Both the position numbers and the translations under genes were made by a program. From contig NMRA01000126.1 of NCBI GenBank assembly GCA_002633005.1, positions 326,979 through 390,978 on the forward strand: a DNA stretch of 64,000 nucleotides. The letters run 5' to 3'. How positions within the stretch are numbered: position 1 is the first letter of the stretch; each line of letters starts with the position of its first letter. The notes under the pieces are model-generated. The model worked only from the letters and a program-made list of their open reading frames with translations, did no database searches and was not told where the DNA came from. This DNA comes from Phoronis australis (Eukaryota; Animalia; Phoronida). Shown here in pieces: positions 1 through 11,619 of the stretch.

Positions 1-2015
1 GTACTGTATGCGATGTTGAAGGTGACCGCACATCAACTGCGTTTTGAGTTGCTCTTGTTGCTTTGATAAAGTGTCGTGTATCAGGAAATGGTGACAACTT
101 CACCGAAGTAGCTCAGAAATGTACTTTTTTGTAATTAAATGCTCAAAATTACAAGGAAATGACGGAGATACCTTGTTTGAAATTCCCATGCAACTTTGTG
201 AACGGAATGCATATTGAAGAATCATCAACAAGAGAGTTCTCAAAAACTGATGCTCTATTCCATGTCCCTCAAAAGTGACTTCCCCTGTAACTGTGTACTT
301 GAAATCATGCCCCCCTTATTGGCTGCTCTTTGTCTTACTAACTGTGGTATTGTTTGATCATCCAGTCTTGTGCTTTCTGAGCAATAACTCTGAAAACCAA
401 AATTCACATCCCCACTAAACTTTCCACTTGTTGTTCAAGTTTTGTAGAACCCCTTTGGTTTCCATGGAAATGACAGTAGGCCAGCTGGTAAATTGACAGC
501 TAATTTACAGTAATTAATTAACTGCCAATTTCAGTTAGCATTTGATAGTTGGCTTCTGTCATCAACAGTGCCATGAAACCAGCAATTCCTGCACTTGACA
601 AAATCAATGATTGTAACTAGTTGACAATATGCAAGAGTTGAAGTGAGATCCTTGCACTACACGTACTGGGTTGCATTCTGTAGACGTAAGACTTTCGCCA
701 GTTAAGGTGGTCTAAATCTTGTGCTTTGCAACTACACAATCTCGCTTTTTGGGTGCTGTAATGTATTGCCTGTGGAGTGCAGCCCTGGTCTAGTACTCAT
801 GGCATGGCAATGTATTGTGTCTGCAGTGATATTACATATTAGGGGAGTTGTTTTAGTTTAACTCAGAAAAATAGGGCTGTCCCAGATTACATGGTGGTAG
901 AACTCTCCTTTGTCCTGGAGAAGAAAGCGCATGACCTCATTTTGGGAGTCAGGCACATTTTCGTATCTCTCATTGATGTCGGGATGGCGAAGAATTTCAC
1001 ATCACGCTTTTGCGGGTATTTCTCTAGTTATCAAACTTTCTCACCTCTGAGTTGTAATACTCTGTTGGTATTTGAAGGACGAATAAAGTAATGCCGCCCA
1101 GAAAAAATTGCAAAGAATCAAACAACAAATAACATGTGATAGTCCAATGGCATGAAAACAAGGTAGCAAATATGCCTGATAGATGTTCATGGCATTGTGG
1201 GTAAATACAGCGAGATTCGAGTGTCACTATGTAATCCTAGACGGTCCTATTGTCACGTCTTTTAAGTTGCCCTTAAAACAGCAAGGGTTTATACTGTGGT
1301 CTACGGTACATACCTGATTGCTAGACAAAATATTTTTAGTTTCCCTGTCATAACGACTAATTCCTTTTACCACACAACGGTGTGAAATAACTCATTATTT
1401 TGGCAAAATTATAACTGCAGAATGGCACTTTCTCCTTGTCAGCTTTTCAGTAATTTCCATCATTCTGGTTTTGAATTGCTTCCATGACTGAATTAAGCTT
1501 GCTCTCAGCTGTGATGGCAGGAAATCTGTATCAGTTTGTGATCACTAATCTGGTGACATGTATAACAGTATGTCTTGTTTCCGTTTAATGGAGTGCATGT
1601 GAATATATGCACAAAGATATATGTTTCAGAAATTTGGAAAAATTCAAGAGGGGATTGTCCTAAATATGTATGCCAGTTTCTTGTTCCAAGTTTTTATTCA
1701 ATCCAAACAGGGAACTATGGGAAATGTTTCAATTTCAATTGGGAGGATTTCATGTATGGCAAAAATTATTTACTAGTGGTGCTGATGGTCGTTTTTCAAA
1801 TGTGTTGTACTTGTGTTTGTTGTTGTCATGCAAGCATCCTGCGACATTACAGAAAACTTGGTTACGTGATATTGGAAGTTTGTTTGAGACACGTGATGTA
1901 TGGGTTTTACAATTCTTTAATTCTGTATGCCATTTTGTGATCTGTGCACGACATCGATATCCTGTTCTTGGCAGGTAGCTGTAACTGTGCTCATGACATT
2001 GAGTTTCCTGTTTAG

Positions 2016-2134
2016 TTTCTGCCGACATCCTGTGCGAGTTCCTTGATGTTGCTGTGCACACAATACTGTATACCAGACAAGTGTATCCAAGTGGGGTGTT
2101 CCTTCGAAAAAAGAAGTACAATGTACCTGTTCAG
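2016..2134 (+). CDS. MAD2L2: MAD2L2 exon (SADILCEFL...KKYNVPVQ)
   Basis: tttag acceptor, cag|gtatac donor, 119 nt. Confidence 0.92.
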
Positions 2135-5053
2135 GTATACATTTTAATAGTTAAAATTACATTTGAGCTTGTGCCAACTGTCACTTGGTGGTTTGGTTTA
2201 TTGCAGGAATGCAGCTGTCATGGCAAATATTGATATGACAAGGGCAGTATATCTTCACAAACATTTAGACGCCGTTCAAATGTCATGATCCTCTCTGTAA
2301 TTTTTTTAGGATAGTTCATTTGCAATAACCAGGTTAAGTACTATATATTTACCAAAATTCATTGTGTCTTAAAATTTCCCAAGAAATGTCACTTAAAGAC
2401 ACTATTAATGGAAGGAATATTAGGCTTCCTTAGAAATTTTAATAAGCGTTTAGACAATTTTTATTGAAAATCGTTCTTCAGTTGTCTTCTATTTTTATTG
2501 AATTTTGGAAAACCCATCATTACTCTCATTGAGTTGCTAAGATTGTAGTTTTATTTCTCATTGGCATGTGGTGAGACGATAACCGAAGCCGAAGAGTTCA
2601 ATTAGTTGGGTTCCTATGCTCTGTTTTTGTGCTGTTTGTATTGTGGTGACATCTACTGCGTGAACTGGGTGCTTTTAGTTTGCTGTGCTCTCAGTCTCAG
2701 ACTTGTTTGAACTACTCTGCCACTTAACTGGACTCATTAGTAGAAAATGCTGTGCTGCGTGAGTTTTGCATGACTTCGGGAGAGAGTGAACCAGAAAAAT
2801 CAATAGTATATGTACCTCTTGTTTTAGAGGTTATCTCTTCTAAGTGCTTTTATTCAACGTCTTGGCATCTCTGATGAAATGACTGATTGCTGCCATCTGA
2901 TACTTTATATGTAAGTAGCTTGTCTCTGGTCTTTAATTCTCATTCCAGGTAGCAGTACACCCGGATGTTGCCAGTTATATCCAGAAGGCCACTGACTCTT
3001 TGCGCCCTCTATTGTACAAGCAGGACATAGAGCAGGTGGTGTTAGTCATCCTTGACGGGGAGTTATCCCCTGTGGAAAGATTTGTTTTTGAAATAGGGGC
3101 ATCACCCCCATCAGCAGGGTAAGTAATACGTGATGCCTGAAGAACCAAAGTGGTTCTAATATGTCTATACTAGTGATGGGATCTGACAGATTGTTGTAAT
3201 CAATGAGTCCACAATGTTCAGCTACCTAACTCAATTATAATCAACACTTGGATTCTTGGCGCTGCTGCTTACCCTTATTACCAGGGTTAAATCTTTCAAA
3301 AATTAAAGTGAAAAACTATTATTTCACTTTATAGTAACAGTAAAAAATCCCGTTGTTTTTCGGAACACAGTGTGAACTCATCTTTACCCTCCTTTTGCGA
3401 AGCTAATTATACCAATCTTAGGTTACTATTCAATAGAAAACATCGTCGGTGACCTGATGACTTGGGTAAATGGCATCCTACTGCCATCTTTAAACGTAAA
3501 AACGTTAACTGTCATTAATGTAACAATTTGCTCATTAGTAGGGTAAAACATGAGAATGACAAAGAAACTATTGCTTATTCTACGGTGTCGGTTCATTTCT
3601 AGAAAGTTTGATATTTGAGTACCGTGGTAATCAGTTTTATCTTCATAGAAGGGAAACTGACTTCCTTTTGAAATTCAGTTCAGCCTTCTATAAAACTCAG
3701 AATAATGTCTTGAGCTGGTAAAAGGTTCATTGAGAAAACTTATTGATGTCCTGCTCAGGGCCTTGGAGTTCTTTTATTTTGAAATTTTGAAAAGAAACAT
3801 TAACACTGATTTACTGCTTGAACTCTGATGACATTTTTGGCAAATTCAGCATTAGAATAGTTTAAGGTTCTTTTTACCTTTAACTTCATAAACAGTGGAG
3901 TTTTTATCATCATTTTTGTTCCCTTTGCAGCTCTGATCATCACCTTGTCTATCTGGAGGAGTCACTGCGCAGTATGCTTCTGAAGCTAAACACGAGTATG
4001 GCAGGTCTATGCAAGAACCCCCCAGGCTGCACATGGGCACTGCAGGCGCAGACGAGACCTTCACGCAGTGCGGGCTTCATGCAAAAGAACATTGATGTGA
4101 GTGAAATTCATGTGATGCCACAACCATCCTCCCTTGTATTGTCTGTTATTTGGACCTTGTTGACTAGTCTGGGTATTATATCTATAAAATATATGTTATG
4201 CCAGTCATGCCATATATTTTTTTAAAGTAGAATGCATATGAAGGAAAAGTCCACGAATGCACAGTAGAGTCACCCGCCCTTTCTAGAAATGTTTTAATTT
4301 CTTTGCCATTGATTTGAGAACATTGTTTCTGAAATCTGTTGTTCTGTTTACACCAACCTGTAACCTATTTTCACTGGCACTGTAAATAGGTTACAGGTTG
4401 GTGTAAATAAGCTACAGGTTGGTGTAAATAGAACAACAGATTTTAGAAGTGTTATTACTACATGACCATCTCAAAGCGGTTTTATGAAGACAACATTGCT
4501 TCTCAAATAATTTCCCATTAGATTCAGCCCTTTGGATTCATGTAAGCCTGTCATTTAAGATTTTTTAAACACCTTGCTGATGATGCTCGCCAAAGAAATG
4601 CCGCATAATTGTTTACATCAGTGGTTGAACCTTTTGTATGCTGTGGCATGATAATACTGCTGCACCATGACTGAGGGTTAGTTCAGCTCTTGAAAATTTT
4701 GTTGAAAGGTTTTGTAGCCACGGGGACAACAATGAGCTTGCTTTCTCTCAAAACTGTGCTGTTCATTCCAGTTCTTAATGATTCATCAATTCCTTCATGA
4801 CAGATAATACTGTTGACTTTCTTTATATATTAATATATACTTTTCAACAGTATTAAAAGCAAATGTTAGATGGTGCCTTGCTTCATTTTGACTTGACCAT
4901 CCAAAATATTTCCAGGATTTTGGCTGGATTCTGGTCAATAAAAAACAGACTGAGCTAGGTTGTGCTACTCTCCTTCCACTCCAAGCTGTGGAATCCTCCC
5001 TGATGAAGGTTCAGTTGTTTGCAGAAGAGAATGTTTCAAGGAAACTGCCATGA
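2016..5053 (+). CDS. MAD2L2: MAD2L2/REV7 HORMA-domain protein, spliced gene, 5'-incomplete: join(2016-2134,2949-3118,3931-4096,4916-5053)
   Basis: Four GT-AG exons with compatible phases (593 nt) translate to [51 protein letters not shown]...VERFVFEI...NPPGCTWAL...DFGWILV...[20 protein letters not shown]...*. This matches the REV7 hallmarks recalled from the family (ADxLCEFL, YPxGx[24 protein letters not shown]). The upstream phase-1 start exon was not found. Confidence 0.93.
2949..3118 (+). CDS. MAD2L2: MAD2L2 exon ([10 protein letters not shown]...[15 protein letters not shown])
   Basis: ttccag acceptor, gg|gtaagt donor, 170 nt. Confidence 0.92.
3931..4096 (+). CDS. MAD2L2: MAD2L2 exon ([19 protein letters not shown]...NPPGCTW...KNID)
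   Basis: ttgcag acceptor, gat|gtgagt donor, 166 nt; overlaps ORF 3974-4225. Confidence 0.9.
4327..4448. repeat. intronic palindrome/hairpin with an internal duplication
   Basis: tctgttgttctgtttacaccaacctgtaacctattt pairs with aaataggttacaggttggtgtaaa...tagaacaacaga; the right arm carries a 21-bp tandem duplication. Confidence 0.75.
4916..5053 (+). CDS. MAD2L2: MAD2L2 last coding exon (DFGWILV...RKLP*)
   Basis: ttccag acceptor, phase 0, TGA at 5051-5053. Confidence 0.9.
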   Translation, partial: DFGWILVNKKQTELGCATLLPLQAVESSLMKVQLFAEENVSRKLP

Positions 5054-5902
5054 TAGCAAAGCATTTGTCTTCCACCAGAGGGTACATTGTTTTCATCAAT
5101 TGAATAGCTTCTTGCTATCTTATAAGAGGCCATAAATATCTGGCCAAGATCTGCCCCAGAGATATTTGCCAGTAACAGATTAGGAAAGACTCTATCTGCT
5201 GAACAGTGGATTAACTCCTAATAAACATCCATTTTGTCTCAACTGCATTTTACTATATGTCAGTGTACAAGCACCGTTTTGCCCGTTTTCATGTAGGACC
5301 ATTTGTTCAGCTACAGTCATTGCGAACACCAGCAGTCATGGACAGTGTAGTTAGTGTAAAATCTCACCAACTTAGGACACAATATGGCTGACAAGTGAAA
5401 TTTATGTTTACCTTTTTGTTCATGGAACATATGTAGAACAAAGTTGTCAATGATATTACACATTTAGATTTTGTTTCACAGCTACCATCAAGTTGTGGGC
5501 ATTTTACAACTATGATAGTGACCCATGAAAAATGAAAAGGGGTACTTTAGCAATTACTTTTTTGTCTGAAATTGATGAGATTGTACTGACTGTGGTTCCA
5601 ACAAATGGCATGTTCAGTTTGTCTATTGGCAGAATCTGATTTACCAGTAGAAATAATGAATTGAGCTAAATGTGCAGAACACACTTTTACTTTTTGTCCC
5701 ATTTTCATCAATTTTTTATAAAGTCTGTTGTTTTACCTTATAGATGGCTCATTTGAGTCTTGATTTATGCACACTCTGGTCTTGATTGACTGATTTTAAC
5801 CTCGCAATGTTAACTTGAGTACCTGTTTCAGTGTACAGGTTTTTATTCTGATCTTTGGGCTCCCTATAGCTTGCCTGCTGGTCCAAGAGGGAATATCTCT
5901 CA

Positions 5903-6084
5903 TGAGATCTAATTCCCCATTGAATGAGAATAGCACCAGCTCAATGCTAGTACATGTAGATAGTGAGATATAATTCCCCATTGAATGAGAATAGCACCAG
6001 CTCAATGCTAGTACATGTAGATAGTGAGATATAATTCCCCATTGAATGAGAATAACACCAGCTCAATGGTAGTACATGTAGATA
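5903..6084. repeat. 61-bp minisatellite, 3 copies
   Basis: aattccccattgaatgagaatagcaccagctcaatgctagtacatgtagatagtgagatat starts at 5911, 5972 and 6033. Confidence 0.95.
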
Positions 6085-7125
6085 GCTACACTTGTGGTCA
6101 TTCATTTTTGTTTGACAAATTACAGTGTAAGTTCTTTTTTTCTTGGTAGAGACTAAGCTACCAATGAAGAGGAAGCTTTTGCCGCATATATTAAACAGAG
6201 GCAAACATGATTTGAATTGGTTGAGGGAGAGCTTTGGTGGCCACATTTGACCTTAATTAATCTACTTTATGGAGCTATGAAACATTATCAAGCTGGCATT
6301 GTTTCCTTTCGTTTTTAAGTTTCCAAAAAGAGGAAGAGTAAACTGCCAGTGGGTTTGTCTCTATTAGTTTCTGCGACTATTTTTAGTTGCTCAGTAAAAG
6401 TAATACAACTGGTTCAGGAAAATCTATTTCTTGGGAATGTTTGTCTCCATTTTGAAAAAAAAAAACTAAAAGTCAGTAAGATGGCAGATGCCCTAAGTAA
6501 TTTTCATTGTCAAATACATATAGATTATTACATGGCGAAGTCGTTATCCCCCGTTATCTAGAGCCCGAGTGGATTTTGGAGAATTATCGCCCGAACGAGA
6601 AACATTGCAATGAATCGATCTACCTTTCTCGACTCGCCTCCGCTTTGTAACTACTTTCTATGTCAGAGGCCCGGGTTCGGAGGTCGTGACCTTTTAGAAA
6701 AGCCGGGCTACTTTTGTCAAATAATGCTTACACTCAAAACCAATTGAAAAATTTAAACAAAATAGAAATAAAGTGAATCTTTAAATTAAGGTTTAGCAAC
6801 TATTATAGCTTACTACACATTTTATCACGCTAAGCTTCGACCGGGAAAATTTCGTCTGCTAAAGTAGTTTACCAATAGTAACTGAGTATAATGCTCAAGT
6901 CAAAGGATCCGACGACACGATTCCCGCATTCAAATTGGAGATCGGTGATTTACAAGTGAGAGAACACGAGAGAAAAATTTCACTGAATTAAAATATCGTT
7001 TTTATGGAAATTATGCGTTTTATTTTTCATAGCGTATAAATGTCGGTGCAATGCCCTTTGCTGAACATGCGATTGTTGCGCGTGCTCATTTAAGTATTCT
7101 ATTTTTACGTTCGATGATGTCAGCC

Positions 7126-7194
7126 GCTGAGTGGTGTATTGGTAGAGTCGGCGACTCGAAACTCTTGAGACCCGGGTTTGAATCCGGCCTCGGT
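7126..7194 (+). pseudogene. tRNA-like / SINE-head-like sequence
   Basis: A-box-like TGGTGTATTGG, B-box-like GGTTTGAATCC in a CCGG T-stem, and acceptor-like GCTGAG/CTCGGT pairing; the anticodon stem does not pair. Confidence 0.5.
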
Positions 7195-7293
7195 TTCGCG
7201 GTTGTATACGCCATTTGACGCTAATATTGTGGTATAAAACCTTGTAATAACCCATTAAGTTATCTCACTAGTGAGATATCGATTTGGCGGGAA

Positions 7294-7354
7294 ACCGAGG
7301 TCGGAGTCGAATCCGGGACTCTAGAATTGCTGGTCGCCGACTTTACCACTACTC
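7294..7354 (-). pseudogene. second, inverted tRNA-like copy
   Basis: Reverse complement gagtagtggtaaagtcggcgaccagcaattctagagtcccggattcgactccgacctcggt aligns with 7129-7194. Confidence 0.45.
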
Positions 7355-8854
7355 CATGACATAGAAAGTAGTTACAAAGCCGTGGAGAGTCAGAAAAGGC
7401 AAATCGATTCATTGCAATGTTTCTCGTTTACTATGTGGTATAAATAGATTATTACATGTTCTCAGCCGTTATCCCCCTTATCTAGAGCCCTTGTGGATTT
7501 TGGCGAATTATCACCCTCGGGGCTAACGCCCCTCAGTCGATAATTCTCCAAATTACACTCGGGCTCTAGATAACGGGGGATAACGACTTCGCCATGTAAT
7601 AATCTATATGTATCTGCCATTCGAGGCTAATAGAATGGATTTTGTAGAATTATCATAATTCTCCAAAATCCATAACGGGGGATAACGACTTCGCCATGTA
7701 ATAATCTATATTTATGCTGTGTACATGCTGTGTAATTTACGAATGTTAATTAATAAAAGATACTCAGTTATGCATGACCTTTAAACTCTTGTGATGTCAG
7801 AATATTTAGAAGTGTTCAGTTCTGATGAACAGAATAGGGACCTTCACTGGATGTGGGGACATTTACTTGGTGTTTCACCAGTATTCAATTCTGAACTCGG
7901 CATTCAGCTTGTCCAGTGGCCTGTTTTGTCAAACGCCTGGTAGTAGTTAAAAACTGTGATTGTGATCTAGGGATATAACGTAACAATGGCGGGTCTATGA
8001 TTTTATCGATGGGGTTCACTCATTCAGTTGAGTACAAGACCTTGGTGATAGCCCTAATAATGATGACTGCGGTCACATTTGTTTGTTGCCAACCCTCTCT
8101 GCAGCTAGAAATGTTGTGTAGTGTGGTCACTGACGAGCTGATATAGTCCATCAAAGGAAGAGCGTCTCGCTAACTTCTCTTGTCTATGGAAACGAGTTAC
8201 CCCGGCTCATAGGCGACTCGAAATTGTGAGTGAAACTTTCGAAAATACAAGTGGAAACAGTAAAAATGCCAGGGTGCAAAATTTGGTCGATAGCGTTGTA
8301 TGGAATCCGACGTCTTTGTTTGGGTCTTACTTCTTACGAGGCCCAATCGTGGAATACAAGTGCAAATATACCACCACTCGAGTTTTCAAGGGAAGATTTT
8401 AGCCTTTGTCGAGCGCTGTGGTTCCAGCCGGAGTTTGATGTAATATTGACTGATGTGGTGGCAGTAGCGTGCAGATCAGGGGGGAGGGCGGCTCCGGGAA
8501 TCCATGTGGGGGACATCCAATTATTATTAGTAAACTTTTTGAAATTGTGACTGATTTGTAATTAAATTGAATAAAGTTTCTGTTTCGTGTTTCATCTTTT
8601 TTACTTTTCTTAGTGCAGTAGGTTCCATGCATTAGAGCAGAGCGGAGAAGGGCATCCAATAAAAATCATTGGAGCATCACCTATTCTCTGCACGCTACTG
8701 TCTGGTGGTCTAACTGTTCGATCAGGCATCCTGTTATGCACTTCCCTAGCTAGAATCACGTAATGTGACTTTGATTTGGTAACCTATGTATCATCTGTGT
8801 TTGCGTAAGTTACAATATTCTTGCGTAACTCACAACTCTCATATTCCAATGCCC

Positions 8855-9090
8855 GATGCCTGCACCCATTCTATCCACCGTCGTCACCCATTCCGCCTCC
8901 CGTCGTCACCCAATCTGCCACCGACACTAACCGATCCGCCTCAGTCATCTCCCAGTCCATTCGCCTTCACCACCCAATCTGATCCCGTCACCACCTAGAT
9001 CATTACCAATCCAATTCGCTCCGACACCATCCAGTATGCCTCCCGTCAGCCGCACCCATGTTCGCCGACCCCCCTTCGCTTCTTCCGCTT
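8855..9090. repeat. degenerate C-rich low-complexity repeat
   Basis: Recurrent cgtcgtcaccca / attcgcc / tcaccaccc motifs. Confidence 0.6.
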
Positions 9091-11619
9091 GAGAAGATCG
9101 GCTACAGTACTGATGTCACGTACAAATTTAAAGTACCACCAAGACGAAGACAACATAAGTTTGACCGAGACCATGTTTGAGAAGGCAAAACAACCTTAGG
9201 AGATTTGCGTCACTTAATCGCATCTTATGGGAGAACGCTCTAAGTTTCATAAAAAATAAAAACCAGTTTTAATATTTTGTATTAATGATATCCTACCCAG
9301 TGTTCAGTTGCCTGTCCGGAAATATGTTCTGCAGTGCTAAGTGATACTGATAGCCTGAGCATATTATATCAAAACATGTTTTCAGAAACTTGATATTTTT
9401 GTCTTGGTGTAAACCCTGGAACCATTCAATCCGTCGAATAATTATGACGAGAAAACTACTCTGATATAGTCTCGCTAATTATGAAGCACTTTCCGTTGAC
9501 CTCCGCCTTTTATAAGATGTTTTCTGAAGTCTAGCTACAGACACAGATTGAGTTTTTGATCAGGAAATTTGGTTGGGATAACAGGTAGGAAACTGGTGAA
9601 GTTTTCACTTGTTGCCATCTCGTTATATTGGTGGTGAGAAGTGGTGCTTGGATGACGTCATCACTCATTGTGTCTGTAAATCATACGAGTGCCTCTTTTG
9701 TTGTCCTTCATTGGCTATGGGCTTGGATTAAAACGGCGCTCTGCGCTTTTAACGGCCTGCAAAATTAATTTTTGTGATGATAAGCGCTGTTATGATGACG
9801 TTTTTTTTCTTTTTGCTTTTATCAAAATTTTATTTTCGCTGGAAAGTTAGCCAAGGAACCAGTGAGGACAATTGCTCCCGGTTGCTAACAGGAGAGGGAC
9901 GCCTTCAGACTCCCAGACAGTGCATATAAGTGTAGGAAGGTTTTGTTTGGTTGGAAACGAAGAAAACGTTTCAGCCCTACCCTGGCCTCATCACAAGGTG
10001 TCCGTTACGTAGACGCATTAAGATCACGCAAGTTTTGATCGGCAGATATCGCTATGCATTACCTAGCTTTACTCGCGGAATTCTTGCGTTTACGAGACTC
10101 AACCCAGTTACCTCCTCCATTTGTTTCAAATCCCCCTCCCGCAGTCGCGCATTCCCCCACTGTCGTCGAGATGTTTGGCTGCAAGTGCGCCATATTGGCT
10201 TCATTAGCTTAACGCAAGATCCCCACAATTATAGTCTGTTCGTCCGTCTGTTGAGAAAAGCTTGTGTTATTTCCTTGATCGCTTTGGTGGGTAAGCGCTA
10301 CCCCTCAAGTTCATGAGTGGGGGCATTCTTTTCTCCGCTACCTGTTATGAGGAAATGTTCCGACGTATGAAACAGAGCAATCCCAAGTGACAGTCAGAAA
10401 ATTTCTGGACAAGCGCTCATGGGCGTTGGCTTTTGGAATTTTCTCAAAGAAAAAGCTCCTAGCAAACAAATTTTAAGAAAGATGAGACTAGATTACTATA
10501 CCGCTTAACGTCCTAAACTGACATTTTTTACATTATTTATAGTTAAACACACATTACAGGCATCTGGGGCACTTTTTACTAAAAGTCCTATCTCTCACTC
10601 AGACCGGAGTAAGTCAGTATGAAAATGCCTTAAGACCTTGCAATTTACGCCGCGACATTCGTTTAATTCGATGAAGTTCGTTCGGTTGTTGCTTTGAATT
10701 CGCTGTTATTCGCTGTCAGTTCCTTTTATTCATTCTCCCGTGAACAGTTTTCGTCGGTAATTTTGAGCATGTGAACTGTTTTGCAACTGTGGTTATGTTT
10801 TTCTTGTTTCCTCACTTGAAAACTTTTCTTTGTTGCTATAAAATGGAGAAATGTTCGGTTTTTTACCCTTTTCACTTAGTATCTTATTAGTCAGAAATCC
10901 TTTATCGGATGTCACACTGCCCCTTGTTTTAGTAAGTCAACAAATCTACTCAGTTTGGTAATAGCTATACATCCGACATTGAACCAGTGTATGGTGACGA
11001 TACAAATGTTATTGCGTTGTGCGAAGCTATCCCAACTAGGGCTTTAAAAGTGTGAATAACATTGTGAGTTTGTCTTTAGATCAGCCCAGATCAATATTTC
11101 CCTGCTACTGAGCAATTGAAACGTACTGACAAGTTTTGGATCCTAAGGCGACACAAAAACAAGGTCATCAACAGGACAAATACATCTATGTCTGTCAACT
11201 CTGCTCTTCCACTTGCAGCAAGTGGTTACTACTCATACCTATACATACGTGTAAGTGAATATCTTAGTATGTTATTAGTGTGAACCTTTCGTAGTCGTAA
11301 AAGTTACAAGGCCTACATCTTTCAGATTCAACACAGTTTATACTGAGTGCGAGTGGGCATGATTTCAAAGGTGGGTTTTTGGCGACAAGAAAGTAGATAC
11401 CAAATCTACTCAGTCCCCGGCGGTCCTGTTTTGTGGTGGGGCGGTCATGTTTTTAGGTGCGTCAGTTCTGTTTTGGGTGAGTCGGTCCGATTTAGAGGAC
11501 CGGCGGTCATGTTGTTTCTCACCTGTGAAATCGTACTACAAATACCTAGGAGTCACATTCTCCTGCAGACTTAAATGGACAGAGTGTTGTAGAGTACTTG
11601 CAAACCAAGCTTGAAAAGC

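Larger units (their letters stand above)
6514..7711. mobile_element. nested foldback / non-autonomous inverted-repeat element
   Basis: Outer arm 6514-6593 (atacatatagattattacatggcgaagtcgttatcccccg...) is inverted at 7537-7613 and partly again at 7655-7711, with a diverged direct copy at 7444-7520. Inner arm 6594-6665 is inverted at 7357-7428. No coding capacity. Confidence 0.75.

Noticed and set aside
88-1206. Candidate MAD2L2 first coding exons (ATGs near 88, 464 and 1188)
   Set aside because: Nearby GT donors give phase 0 or 2, but phase 1 is needed; the start exon is unresolved and may lie upstream of the window
1575-2121. Three ORFs of 100-120 aa
   Set aside because: No motifs; the real MAD2L2 exon at 2016-2134 is not any of these ORFs
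7126-7194. Functional tRNA-Arg(TCG) gene
   Set aside because: The anticodon stem cannot pair and the D arm is poor; kept only as tRNA-like
8230-8659. Overlapping ORFs of 60-106 aa
   Set aside because: No recognisable domain or consistent exon boundaries; partly G-run MITE-like sequence
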